From: Trichodesmium erythraeum IMS101
GTDB taxonomy: Bacteria > Cyanobacteriota > Cyanobacteriia > Cyanobacteriales > Microcoleaceae
DNA length: 32,000 bases
Assembly (NCBI RefSeq): GCF_000014265.1
Contig: NC_008312.1
Span: forward strand, 3,780,001 to 3,812,000
Direction of reading: 5' to 3'
Under the pieces are notes generated by a model that searched no databases, was not told the origin of the DNA, and worked only from the letters and a program-made list of their open reading frames with translations. This document shows positions 19,246 through 27,288 of this stretch, piece after piece. The translations under genes and the position numbers were made by a program. The stretch's first letter is position 1; every line of letters begins with the position of its first letter.

Positions 19246-22200
19246 TTATTTTAATTTGGCAGAAGCAGCAAGTTTATTTGCTACAAGTTGGGGGTCTGTT
19301 TCTCTAGTTTTTGTATCAGGATCGAGGTCAATTTCTGGTTCCAATTCTAGAGCTTTTTTGAAGATAGAAATTGCCTGTTTGATTTTCGGTTTTTCCCCTG
19401 TTTTTGCAAGATTTTTAGCTTCTGCAATTAAACTAGGATGAACGGGAATATTTTTGCAAGTTTTCTGATATGTCTCCAAGTCGCTGTTGATATACTGCTG
19501 CCATTCCTCTGCTGTTAAATTCCGACTGAGGCGGCGACAACCTTCTTGAATTAAGCCTTCTGGTGTTGCCCAATGGAGGCGGGCGGTATTGTCAGAACTT
19601 GCAGTAGCAATGGTTTTGCCGTCGGGGCTAAAGGCTACTGCAAATACCCAGTCCTGGTGGTTGAGAGTAGCTAATACATTGCCATTCTCAGTATCCCAGA
19701 GGCGGGCGGTTTTGTCAGAACTTGCAGTTGCAATGGTTTTGCCGTCGGGGCTAAAGGCTACTGCAAATACCCAGTCCTGGTGGTTGAGAGTAGCTAATAC
19801 ATTGCCATTCTCAGTATCCCAGAGGCGGGCGGTTTTGTCATCACTTGCAGTTGCAATGGTTTTGCCGTCGGGGCTAAAGGCTACTGCATTTACCCTGGAC
19901 TGGTGGTTGAGAGTAGCTAATACTTTGCCATTCTCAGTATCCCAGAGGCGGGCGGTTTTGTCAGAACTTGCAGTAGCAATGGTTTTGCCGTCGGGGCTAA
20001 AGGCTACTGCTATTACCGAGGACTGGTGGTTGAGAGTAGCTAATACATTGCCATTCTCAGTATCCCAGAGGCGGGCGGTTTTGTCAGAACTTGCAGTAGC
20101 AATGGTTTTGCCGTCGGGGCTAAAGGCTACTGCTATTACCGAGGACTGGTGGTTGAGAGTAGCTAATACATTGCCATTCTCAGTATCCCAGAGGCGGGCG
20201 GTTTTGTCAGAACTTGCAGTAGCAATGGTTTTGCCGTCGGGGCTAAAGGCTACTGCTCTTACCGTGTCCTGGTGGTTGAGAGTAGCTAATTCTTTGCCAT
20301 TCTCAGTATCCCAGAGGCGGGCGGTTTTGTCAGAACTTGCAGTTGCAATGGTTTTGCCGTCGGGGCTAAAGGCTACTGCATTTACCGAGGACTGGTGGTT
20401 GAGAGTAGCTAATTCTTTGCCATTCTCAGTATCCCAGAGGCGGGCGGTTTTGTCAGAACTTGCAGTTGCAATGGTTTTGCCGTCGGGGCTAAAGGCTACT
20501 GCATTTACCGAGGACTGGTGGTTGAGAGTAGCTAATACATTGCCATTCTCAGTATCCCAGAGGCGGGCGGTTTTGTCAGAACTTGCAGTTGCAATGGTTT
20601 TGCCGTCGGGGCTAAAGGCTACTGCATTTACCCAGGACTGGTGGTTGAGAGTAGCTAATTCTTTGCCATTCTCAGTATCCCAGAGGCGGGCGGTTTTGTC
20701 AGAACTTGCAGTTGCAATGGTTTTGCCGTCGGGGCTAAAGGCTACTGCATTTACCGAGGACTGGTGGTTGAGAGTAGCTAATTCTTTGCCATTCTCAGTA
20801 TCCCAGAGGCGGGCGGTTTTGTCAGAACTTGCAGTTGCAATGGTTTTGCCGTCGGGGCTAAAGGCTACTGCATTTACCGAGGACTGGTGGTTGAGAGTAG
20901 CTAATACATTGCCATTCTCAGTATCCCAGAGGCGGGCGGTTTTGTCAGAACTTGCAGTTGCAATGGTTTTGCCGTCGGGGCTAAAGGCTACTGCATTTAC
21001 CGAGGACTGGTGGTTGAGAGTAGCTAATTCTTTGCCATTCTCAGTATCCCAGAGGCGGGCGGTTTTGTCAGAACTTGCAGTAGCAATGGTTTTGCCGTCG
21101 GGGCTAAAGGCTACTGCATATACATCGGACTGGTGTTTGAGAGTAGCTAATTCTTTGCCATTCTCAGTATCCCAGAGGCGGGCGGTTTTGTCATAACTTG
21201 CAGTAGCAATGGTTTTGCCGTCGGGGCTAAAGGCTACTGCATATACATCGGACTGGTGTTTGAGAGTATAGAGATGCTTGGGTAGTTGACTTACTCCATT
21301 CCGTAGAGTTTGATCCAGTTCAAAAAGTAGGTCCGAGTCAACTTTCCCATAACGTTTTTTGATATCAAAGTATTGCTTCATTGACTCTATGCCCAGTAAT
21401 ACACCTTTATCAAGTAAAGATGGCTTTTGTCTGATCATTGAGTCAGAAAGCATTCCTAATATTCTTGCTGCTTGTTCCTCTACTTTTCTTTGCCGCTCCT
21501 TCTCTTTTTCTTCCTCACGAATTTTCAACTCCCGACTCGCCTCAATAAACTCATAAGCAACCCCATCCAATAAAGCCATTTCATCATATTTTTTCAGATA
21601 TTCTTCTGCCTTAGTTAACCGACCAGCTCGTAATAACAAACCCTCATTTTTTCCATCTTTTTTCCACTCAGCCGCATCAGCCTCAATTTTTCTTTCCACC
21701 GGCAAAGCTTCTTGATATTCTTCCACCCATTCCCTCAAAGTTTTCCAACTTCTAATTAAGTCCTCATGAACAATATCTAATAATATTCCTCCCTCGGAAT
21801 TATCCTTAGTAATTAACCGATTATTTGGATCAGCTAACCTATCACTAACTGCAGATAAAAGCTCTAAACTATGTCTTTTGTTAGGCAACTTTTCCAAAAT
21901 TACTCGCCGCCGAGTATCCGTTATTTTCCCCGAACTTATTTCCTTTTCCCCAGGCTGAACTAACTCTAAAAATATCCTCTTTGCCACCGACCTTTCCTCA
22001 TCATTCAAACTCTGAAAAACTGCATCAGCTCGCTTCGTCAAAGTACCCTTAATTCCACCCAACTTTGTATAAGTTGCCAGAGTTAAAAATTGACTTTTAT
22101 TCTCCCCTTGAGTCGCAAACTTCCACAGAGCATCCAAAGTATATTCCAGCAGAGGTAAACTACCAGGGTTACGCAAAAAATCTTCCCTTATTTGGGCAAT

Positions 22201-23691
22201 TAATCCCGGCTCAACTCCAACTCCAACTAATTCCGCAGGCTTTTTTATAACCTCATCTATTTCATCCTTTTCCAGAGGAGTTACTAATAATTGATGCCGC
22301 TTAATTTGATTAGCTAACCTTCCATATTCAGAACAGCGGTCAAGAAAATCAGCCCGCATTCCCAACACCAAACAAAACTTATCACCTCGTCTTTCCAGAA
22401 CATCCAAAAAACAATCAAAAAAATCCAGTCGTTCTTGTTCTTTTTCCTCGTCACCTTGACAGAGAGTAAAAACCTCTTCAAACTGGTCAATTATCATTAC
22501 CACTCTTTCAGCTTCAACTAGGTCAATAAACCTAATTAAATTATCAGTAAAATTATCAGTAAAATTCTCCTGTTTTTCCCCCTCTCTATTAATTGCTAGT
22601 TCCAAACTTTTCAGAGGAGAAAAAGTCGGAGTAAAAGGATTTAGATAACGCCATCTATCACTTCCAGATATTTTTTGCCCCTGCCTCAGTTGATATAACA
22701 AACCCGCCCGCAATAAAGAAGACTTTCCACTTCCAGAAGCCCCCAAAACCGCCACAAAATTATTAGTTCTAACTCGGTCAATTAACTCATCAGTTAAAAG
22801 AGTTCTGCCATGAAAAAAAACCGCATCATTTTCCTGCTGACGAAAATAAGATAAACCTCGATAAGGAGCCAAATTTTTCCAGCGTTCATCCTTATATTCA
22901 GTCAGAGTATTAGTAGTAAGAATTATCGCATCCCCAGAATTCTGAAACATCGGTGCTTGAGATGTACGAGACATCTTTTTGTTAATAAACTCTGCCAAAA
23001 CATAATTAGTTACCCAACCATCAACATAATTTTCTGGGTTTAAACCAGCCAGCAAATTATCAGTAAATAAACCATGTTTTCCATCCAATTTTTCTTCCGC
23101 AGTTTGAAAAGAACGAGAAGCAGTAATAAAACAACGACTAATTTTTTTTCCTTCAGTACCAGGGTTAGCTTCTCGGTCAAAATTCAAGAATTCACCACTA
23201 AAACAACAGTCTAACCAAACAATTTGTTCTTGAACCGGACTATCTTGTAAGAGCCTTTTTAACCAATTTAAAGAAATACCATAAACATTTTCCGAAAGGT
23301 GAGCCTCACTAGTAGCCAAAAAACCTTCTCGAATATCTCCCTTTTCATCCACATAACCATGTCCGGCAAAAAACAGTAAAGCCACATCAGGAGTTTCATT
23401 TTTTTTACGAGGTTTAAATAGATTAATAATTGCTTCTTGAAGCTCATTAATTTTCACCTTTCCCTTAGGGTCAAATCTTTCTGTACCTTCCTGATCATAG
23501 TTTTTTGGCAAACTTGGCAAACTTGGCAAACGTTGAATTCGAAACTTACCATATTTTTCCAAAATATTAGCAATAGCTTCAGCATCCTTAACAGCAGCCT
23601 TAAGGTTCAAATCTCCTAACTTTTTCTTTTTCAACAAAGGATAACGGTTAATTCCAACGACTAAAGCTTGCCTTAAATTTTTTTTATCCAT
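19246..23691 (-). CDS. NLR-like protein: N-terminal caspase/metacaspase (peptidase C14) + STAND P-loop NTPase + 14 WD40 repeats
   Basis: The caspase His/Cys dyad lies in LLFFAGHGY and IVWLDCCFSG. The STAND entry motif is APYRGLSYF..DAVFFHGR. Walker A is VLGASGSGKSSLLRAGL (nt 22720-22743) and Walker B is VVMIIDQFEEVF. A helical/coiled region follows, then 14 x 41-aa WD40 units (HQxxVxAVAFSPDGKTIATASxDKTARLWDTENGxxLATLN). Confidence 0.92.
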   Translation of the reverse strand: MDKKNLRQALVVGINRYPLLKKKKLGDLNLKAAVKDAEAIANILEKYGKFRIQRLPSLPSLPKNYDQEGTERFDPKGKVKINELQEAIINLFKPRKKNETPDVALLFFAGHGYVDEKGDIREGFLATSEAHLSENVYGISLNWLKRLLQDSPVQEQIVWLDCCFSGEFLNFDREANPGTEGKKISRCFITASRSFQTAEEKLDGKHGLFTDNLLAGLNPENYVDGWVTNYVLAEFINKKMSRTSQAPMFQNSGDAIILTTNTLTEYKDERWKNLAPYRGLSYFRQQENDAVFFHGRTLLTDELIDRVRTNNFVAVLGASGSGKSSLLRAGLLYQLRQGQKISGSDRWRYLNPFTPTFSPLKSLELAINREGEKQENFTDNFTDNLIRFIDLVEAERVVMIIDQFEEVFTLCQGDEEKEQERLDFFDCFLDVLERRGDKFCLVLGMRADFLDRCSEYGRLANQIKRHQLLVTPLEKDEIDEVIKKPAELVGVGVEPGLIAQIREDFLRNPGSLPLLEYTLDALWKFATQGENKSQFLTLATYTKLGGIKGTLTKRADAVFQSLNDEERSVAKRIFLELVQPGEKEISSGKITDTRRRVILEKLPNKRHSLELLSAVSDRLADPNNRLITKDNSEGGILLDIVHEDLIRSWKTLREWVEEYQEALPVERKIEADAAEWKKDGKNEGLLLRAGRLTKAEEYLKKYDEMALLDGVAYEFIEASRELKIREEEKEKERQRKVEEQAARILGMLSDSMIRQKPSLLDKGVLLGIESMKQYFDIKKRYGKVDSDLLFELDQTLRNGVSQLPKHLYTLKHQSDVYAVAFSPDGKTIATASYDKTARLWDTENGKELATLKHQSDVYAVAFSPDGKTIATASSDKTARLWDTENGKELATLNHQSSVNAVAFSPDGKTIATASSDKTARLWDTENGNVLATLNHQSSVNAVAFSPDGKTIATASSDKTARLWDTENGKELATLNHQSSVNAVAFSPDGKTIATASSDKTARLWDTENGKELATLNHQSWVNAVAFSPDGKTIATASSDKTARLWDTENGNVLATLNHQSSVNAVAFSPDGKTIATASSDKTARLWDTENGKELATLNHQSSVNAVAFSPDGKTIATASSDKTARLWDTENGKELATLNHQDTVRAVAFSPDGKTIATASSDKTARLWDTENGNVLATLNHQSSVIAVAFSPDGKTIATASSDKTARLWDTENGNVLATLNHQSSVIAVAFSPDGKTIATASSDKTARLWDTENGKVLATLNHQSRVNAVAFSPDGKTIATASDDKTARLWDTENGNVLATLNHQDWVFAVAFSPDGKTIATASSDKTARLWDTENGNVLATLNHQDWVFAVAFSPDGKTIATASSDNTARLHWATPEGLIQEGCRRLSRNLTAEEWQQYINSDLETYQKTCKNIPVHPSLIAEAKNLAKTGEKPKIKQAISIFKKALELEPEIDLDPDTKTRETDPQLVANKLAASAKLK
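19537..21258 (-). repeat. 14 tandem 123-bp coding units (WD40 blades) with near-identical nucleotide sequence
   Basis: The period of 123 was verified from GCCATTCTCAG at 19681, 19804, 19927 and 20050. Units 19927-20049 and 20050-20172 read identically. Units 19681-19803 and 19804-19926 differ at 8 nt, all within three short patches. Confidence 0.95.
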
Positions 23692-23724
23692 AGTTATTAT
23701 TAATAATTAATAAAATTTGATTTA

Positions 23725-24468
23725 TTAGAGTTGAGAAAGAGGAGAAATTAAAACAATGCCCCGTGTTTTTTTAGATGTTTTATCGATAGTATTCGTTGAT
23801 GCCCAGAGAGTCTTTGTATCCACCCAAACGGGAGGGTACTTGTAACGAGATACATCTAGAACCAAAAACTGGTCACTTTCCTCATTATAAGCAGCAATAG
23901 GAGAAATATGACCCCCTCGTTTTTGTCCGATAGCCTGGCCTAGATAATTAATTAACACAAAGTTGTTATCATTCACCAAATTCTCGCGAATGAGCCCTCG
24001 AAACTGCTCCAAACTAATATCGCTACCATAGAAAGTTTTGACTTCAACACTATAGGTAGCAATGAAGTCCGACAGCTGTGCCAGAGTCATTCCCCGTCTA
24101 GTAATAACACTACGGGGGATAACTTCCTCAGTTTTCTCATTAAAAATATTATCCTGGGTAAAATAACGTTGTGGCCAGGGAGAAGGAGCAGTAGAAGGAA
24201 CTTCTAGAGCATTAAGTACCATAACCGCACTCGCCACACCACAAAATGCTCCATTGACTTGGGTAACGAACTGACTCATCAGAGGAATGTAGTCTGTTTG
24301 AGCTTTGCTGGTTTGGAGTAGAGTTTGGCCTTCAGGGGAAAGGAGAGAAGTCAGGTTTTCCGATAGAGGTAGGCGTTGAGCTTGGAGAGGAACAGCAGTA
24401 ACAACCAAGCTCAGGGGCAGAAAGAAAGAAATAGACCAAAAATTCTTAAAAAAAGTCATGAGAGTCAT
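23725..24468 (-). CDS. phytochelatin synthase-like papain-fold protein (NsPCS-type) with signal peptide
   Basis: Catalytic Cys context is QVNGAFCGVASAVMVLNAL. The His/Asp context is GGHISPIAAYNEESDQFLVLDVSRYKYPPVWV. There is a hydrophobic N-terminal leader, FFLPLSLVVTAVPLQAQ. Confidence 0.85.
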   Translation of the reverse strand: MTLMTFFKNFWSISFFLPLSLVVTAVPLQAQRLPLSENLTSLLSPEGQTLLQTSKAQTDYIPLMSQFVTQVNGAFCGVASAVMVLNALEVPSTAPSPWPQRYFTQDNIFNEKTEEVIPRSVITRRGMTLAQLSDFIATYSVEVKTFYGSDISLEQFRGLIRENLVNDNNFVLINYLGQAIGQKRGGHISPIAAYNEESDQFLVLDVSRYKYPPVWVDTKTLWASTNTIDKTSKKTRGIVLISPLSQL

Positions 24469-24638
24469 TAAGCTAGCATTTCAAAAGCTTTCAGTAATTA
24501 TAGCAGAGGTAGGTTTTATTTCAGACTAAATATCAGTAGTAATATTTGCAAGTAAAGCCCTTTCAAAGTTAGGAGTCGAAGCCGAAAAATCACTACTTGT
24601 ACACCACCACCAAAGGAGGATACTGATACCGTTTATCC

Positions 24639-25323
24639 TCAAGCAGAAACATCCCTCACCTCCTCAACAGTTAAACTAAGAACCTGTGCTACTTGTTCCG
24701 CACTTATTCCCGTAGCTAATAATTGAGAAATAGCATTTATTCATGCCTGTTCTGCTTGTTCTCCTCATTGACCTTCTTGTTCTGCCCGTTCCCTTGCCTG
24801 TTCTGCTATGTTAGCCAAGCGATCGCCACGAACTTTTTATACTTCTACCCTTTCCGCCCCTGTCAACAAAAAAATCCCTTCAGAGTCCCACCACCGTAAC
24901 CATGATAGAGTTTGATTTTGAGAGGAACCCTGGCATATTCCCAATTCTATTCCCAGAGGTTCAATTAAATAATGACCCCGCTCATTAGGAGACATCTAGC
25001 CATAAGAGTCATCCACCAAATGATACATTTGTAAATTGCCAGTTGTGATCATATAAACCCCGTAATAAGATATTTTGACAATACCTTCATATACCCAAAA
25101 TTTTCCTAGTCTTGTTGTTTCATCATCCAGGGAAAACCAAAAAAGTGTTTAGTCTAACTCTTCTGTTCCATCTCCACTGGCAAACTCTAGAGCAACTAAA
25201 AGCGCCATATATTCTCGCCATAGAAAATAAGAGCAACAAAATTCACCATTTAACAGTATCTGGTAATTTAGTATGATCAGGAAAAAGTCGTGGTAGGTCA
25301 ACTTAGTCTTTTGCCTGGTGCAT
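24639..25323 (-). pseudogene. Uma2/DUF820-family endonuclease pseudogene, copy 2
   Basis: Aligns by eye with copy 1 along its length, with many substitutions, in the same orientation. The ATG at 25321-25323 is followed by MHQAKD* (early stop). Several in-frame stops interrupt the C-terminal ..AEQ..LLATGISAEQVAQVLSLTVEEVRDVSA* region. About 200 nt present in copy 1 are missing. Confidence 0.65.
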
Positions 25324-25466
25324 TTCAGTTATTCCTTATTAGTTCAAGACTTAGGGAGAAACGCCATCATAGAGGCAAATATTACTAGTCCTCTACAGAT
25401 AGAATTTGCTCCCTACAGATCGTATTTCAGGAAAATATTATCTGAAATTATCTGAAATAAAATAGA

Positions 25467-27194
25467 TCAATACTTCCGTTCCTTTGGTTCAAACATAGTT
25501 ATTGCCACAGGTCGATAACTGATATCAATACCCGCCAACGAATAATAAGCCAAAGTATGCCGTAAAAACTCCTCATCATTTCGCTTAGTAAAATCTTCCC
25601 GACTATGAGCCCCCCGACTTTCCTGGCGACTCAAAGCCGAACTTAAAATTGTCTCCCCCACAACAATAATACTCCGCAACTCCAGCGCCTCAACAATTTC
25701 CGTATTCCACAACTTACCCTTATCATCCAAATAAACCTGCTGATATTGTTCCTGTAACTGCTCCAATTTTTTAAACCCCTCCTCCATTATAGCCTGGGAA
25801 CGAAACACACCACAATGTTGACTCATGGTATCCTGAAACTGCTGCTGTAAAAAATTAATCCGATATTCTCCAGAGCGGTCTAACAACCCCTGAACTTGTG
25901 CCCGCGCCTCCCTTAAATAACGCTGTTCCTCAACATCAGGCAACTTCCGACCCTCAACAAACTCAGCGATCGCCGCTCCAGTCCGTCGTCCATAAACCAC
26001 ACATTCCAACAAAGAATTACTTCCCAAACGGTTAGCCCCATGTACCGAAACACAAGCACATTCTCCCGCAGCAAATAACCCATCCACCAAAGTATCCGCA
26101 CTCGCGAAAACTCTACCATCAGTATTAGTAGGAATACCACCCATAGAATAATGAGCAGTCGGGCGTACTGGCATCGGTTCATTCACCGCATCAATACCTA
26201 AAAGACGATGACCCTCTTCCCAACAAAAAGGTACCCGACTCATAATTTTCTCCCGACCCATGTGTCGCAGGTCAAGATAAATAAACGGACCGCCCGCACT
26301 ACCATTCATATTAATTCCCCGACCAGCGCGAATTTCCAAAGTAATAGCACGGGAAGTAATATCACGAGGTGCCAACTCCATACGACTAGGAGCATAATTT
26401 GCCATAAAGCGATCGCCCTCGCTATTGATCAGATAAGCACCCTCACCCCGCACTGCCTCCGAAATTAAAACCCCTGCTGGATATAACCCAGTAGGATGAA
26501 ACTGCACAAACTCCATATCTTGAAGAGGCAACCCAGCCATAGCCGCCATTGCCAAACCATCCCCAGTCGAAGCATAATCATTAGAAGTAGTATTAAATAC
26601 CCGACCATAACCACCAGTAGCAAACATTACCACCTTAGCCCGAAGTACAACTATGTCCCCATCCCAAATATGATACATAACTACACCCTTCGCCTGAGTA
26701 TCTTCCAATATCAGGCGCATTACATACCATTCCTCATAAATATGTACTCCATAACGGCGAAGGTTATTAACTAACTCATGAAGAATAGCATGACCAGTTT
26801 TATCCGCAGCATAACAGGTACGGTTGTGAGAGTGACCGCCGAAAGCACGTTGAGCGATGCGACCATCTGGCAACCGGGAGAATAACACTCCTAGATGTTC
26901 CAAGTCAATAATTACATCTGGTGCCTCCTTCGCTAAAATTTCTACTGCGTCTTGGTCTGCTAAATAGTCCGAACCCTTAACAGTATCAAAAGCATGAGCT
27001 TCCCAGCTATCTTTAGTATCTACATTTCTCAGAGACGCCGCTATCCCCCCTTGAGCAGCCACAGAGTGGGAACGAATAGGGTGAGTTTTGGCAACTACTG
27101 CCACATTTAAACTAGGATTTTTTCGAGCTATTTCTACAGCAGCGCGACAGCCAGCAAGACCGCCACCAACTATAATTATATCATGTTCTAACAT
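25467..27194 (-). CDS. sdhA: succinate dehydrogenase/fumarate reductase flavoprotein subunit
   Basis: Carries IIIVGGGLAGCRAA (FAD), RSHSVAAQGGIAA (the covalent-FAD His, which distinguishes it from NadB), FHPTG, RGEGAYL, NRLGSNSLLECVVYGR and ESRGAHSREDF. Confidence 0.92.
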   Translation of the reverse strand: MLEHDIIIVGGGLAGCRAAVEIARKNPSLNVAVVAKTHPIRSHSVAAQGGIAASLRNVDTKDSWEAHAFDTVKGSDYLADQDAVEILAKEAPDVIIDLEHLGVLFSRLPDGRIAQRAFGGHSHNRTCYAADKTGHAILHELVNNLRRYGVHIYEEWYVMRLILEDTQAKGVVMYHIWDGDIVVLRAKVVMFATGGYGRVFNTTSNDYASTGDGLAMAAMAGLPLQDMEFVQFHPTGLYPAGVLISEAVRGEGAYLINSEGDRFMANYAPSRMELAPRDITSRAITLEIRAGRGINMNGSAGGPFIYLDLRHMGREKIMSRVPFCWEEGHRLLGIDAVNEPMPVRPTAHYSMGGIPTNTDGRVFASADTLVDGLFAAGECACVSVHGANRLGSNSLLECVVYGRRTGAAIAEFVEGRKLPDVEEQRYLREARAQVQGLLDRSGEYRINFLQQQFQDTMSQHCGVFRSQAIMEEGFKKLEQLQEQYQQVYLDDKGKLWNTEIVEALELRSIIVVGETILSSALSRQESRGAHSREDFTKRNDEEFLRHTLAYYSLAGIDISYRPVAITMFEPKERKY

Positions 27195-27288
27195 TATAGG
27201 TAAATATCAAATAATTTTCAACTTATATTATCTTACATTTATGATAGTAGACTTCTAAAGAACAATTTAGTTTTATATTTTCCCAAAA

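Noticed and set aside
19589-21196. 535-aa ORF on the plus strand across the WD40 array
   Set aside because: It is the antisense frame of the 123-bp repeat, which happens to lack stops in every unit. It has the same 41-aa periodicity, low-complexity sequence (..LPSGLKATA..WWLRVAN..), and no independent start context. It is an artefact of the repeat.
19537-21258. Regular repeat array that could be mistaken for a CRISPR locus
   Set aside because: The period is 123 bp and there is no repeat/spacer alternation. The whole unit is conserved, lies in frame, and encodes WD40 blades inside a 4.4 kb ORF.
25913-26774. ORFs of 86-92 aa overlapping sdhA (25913-26182 minus strand; 26208-26468 and 26496-26774 plus strand)
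   Set aside because: They are alternative-frame or antisense shadows of sdhA with skewed, low-complexity composition.
25467-27194. Alternative assignment of the flavoprotein as L-aspartate oxidase (NadB)
   Set aside because: The covalent-FAD histidine context RSHSVAAQGG and the C-terminal ESRGAHSREDF..RNDEEFLRHTL segment are SdhA/FrdA features, not NadB features.
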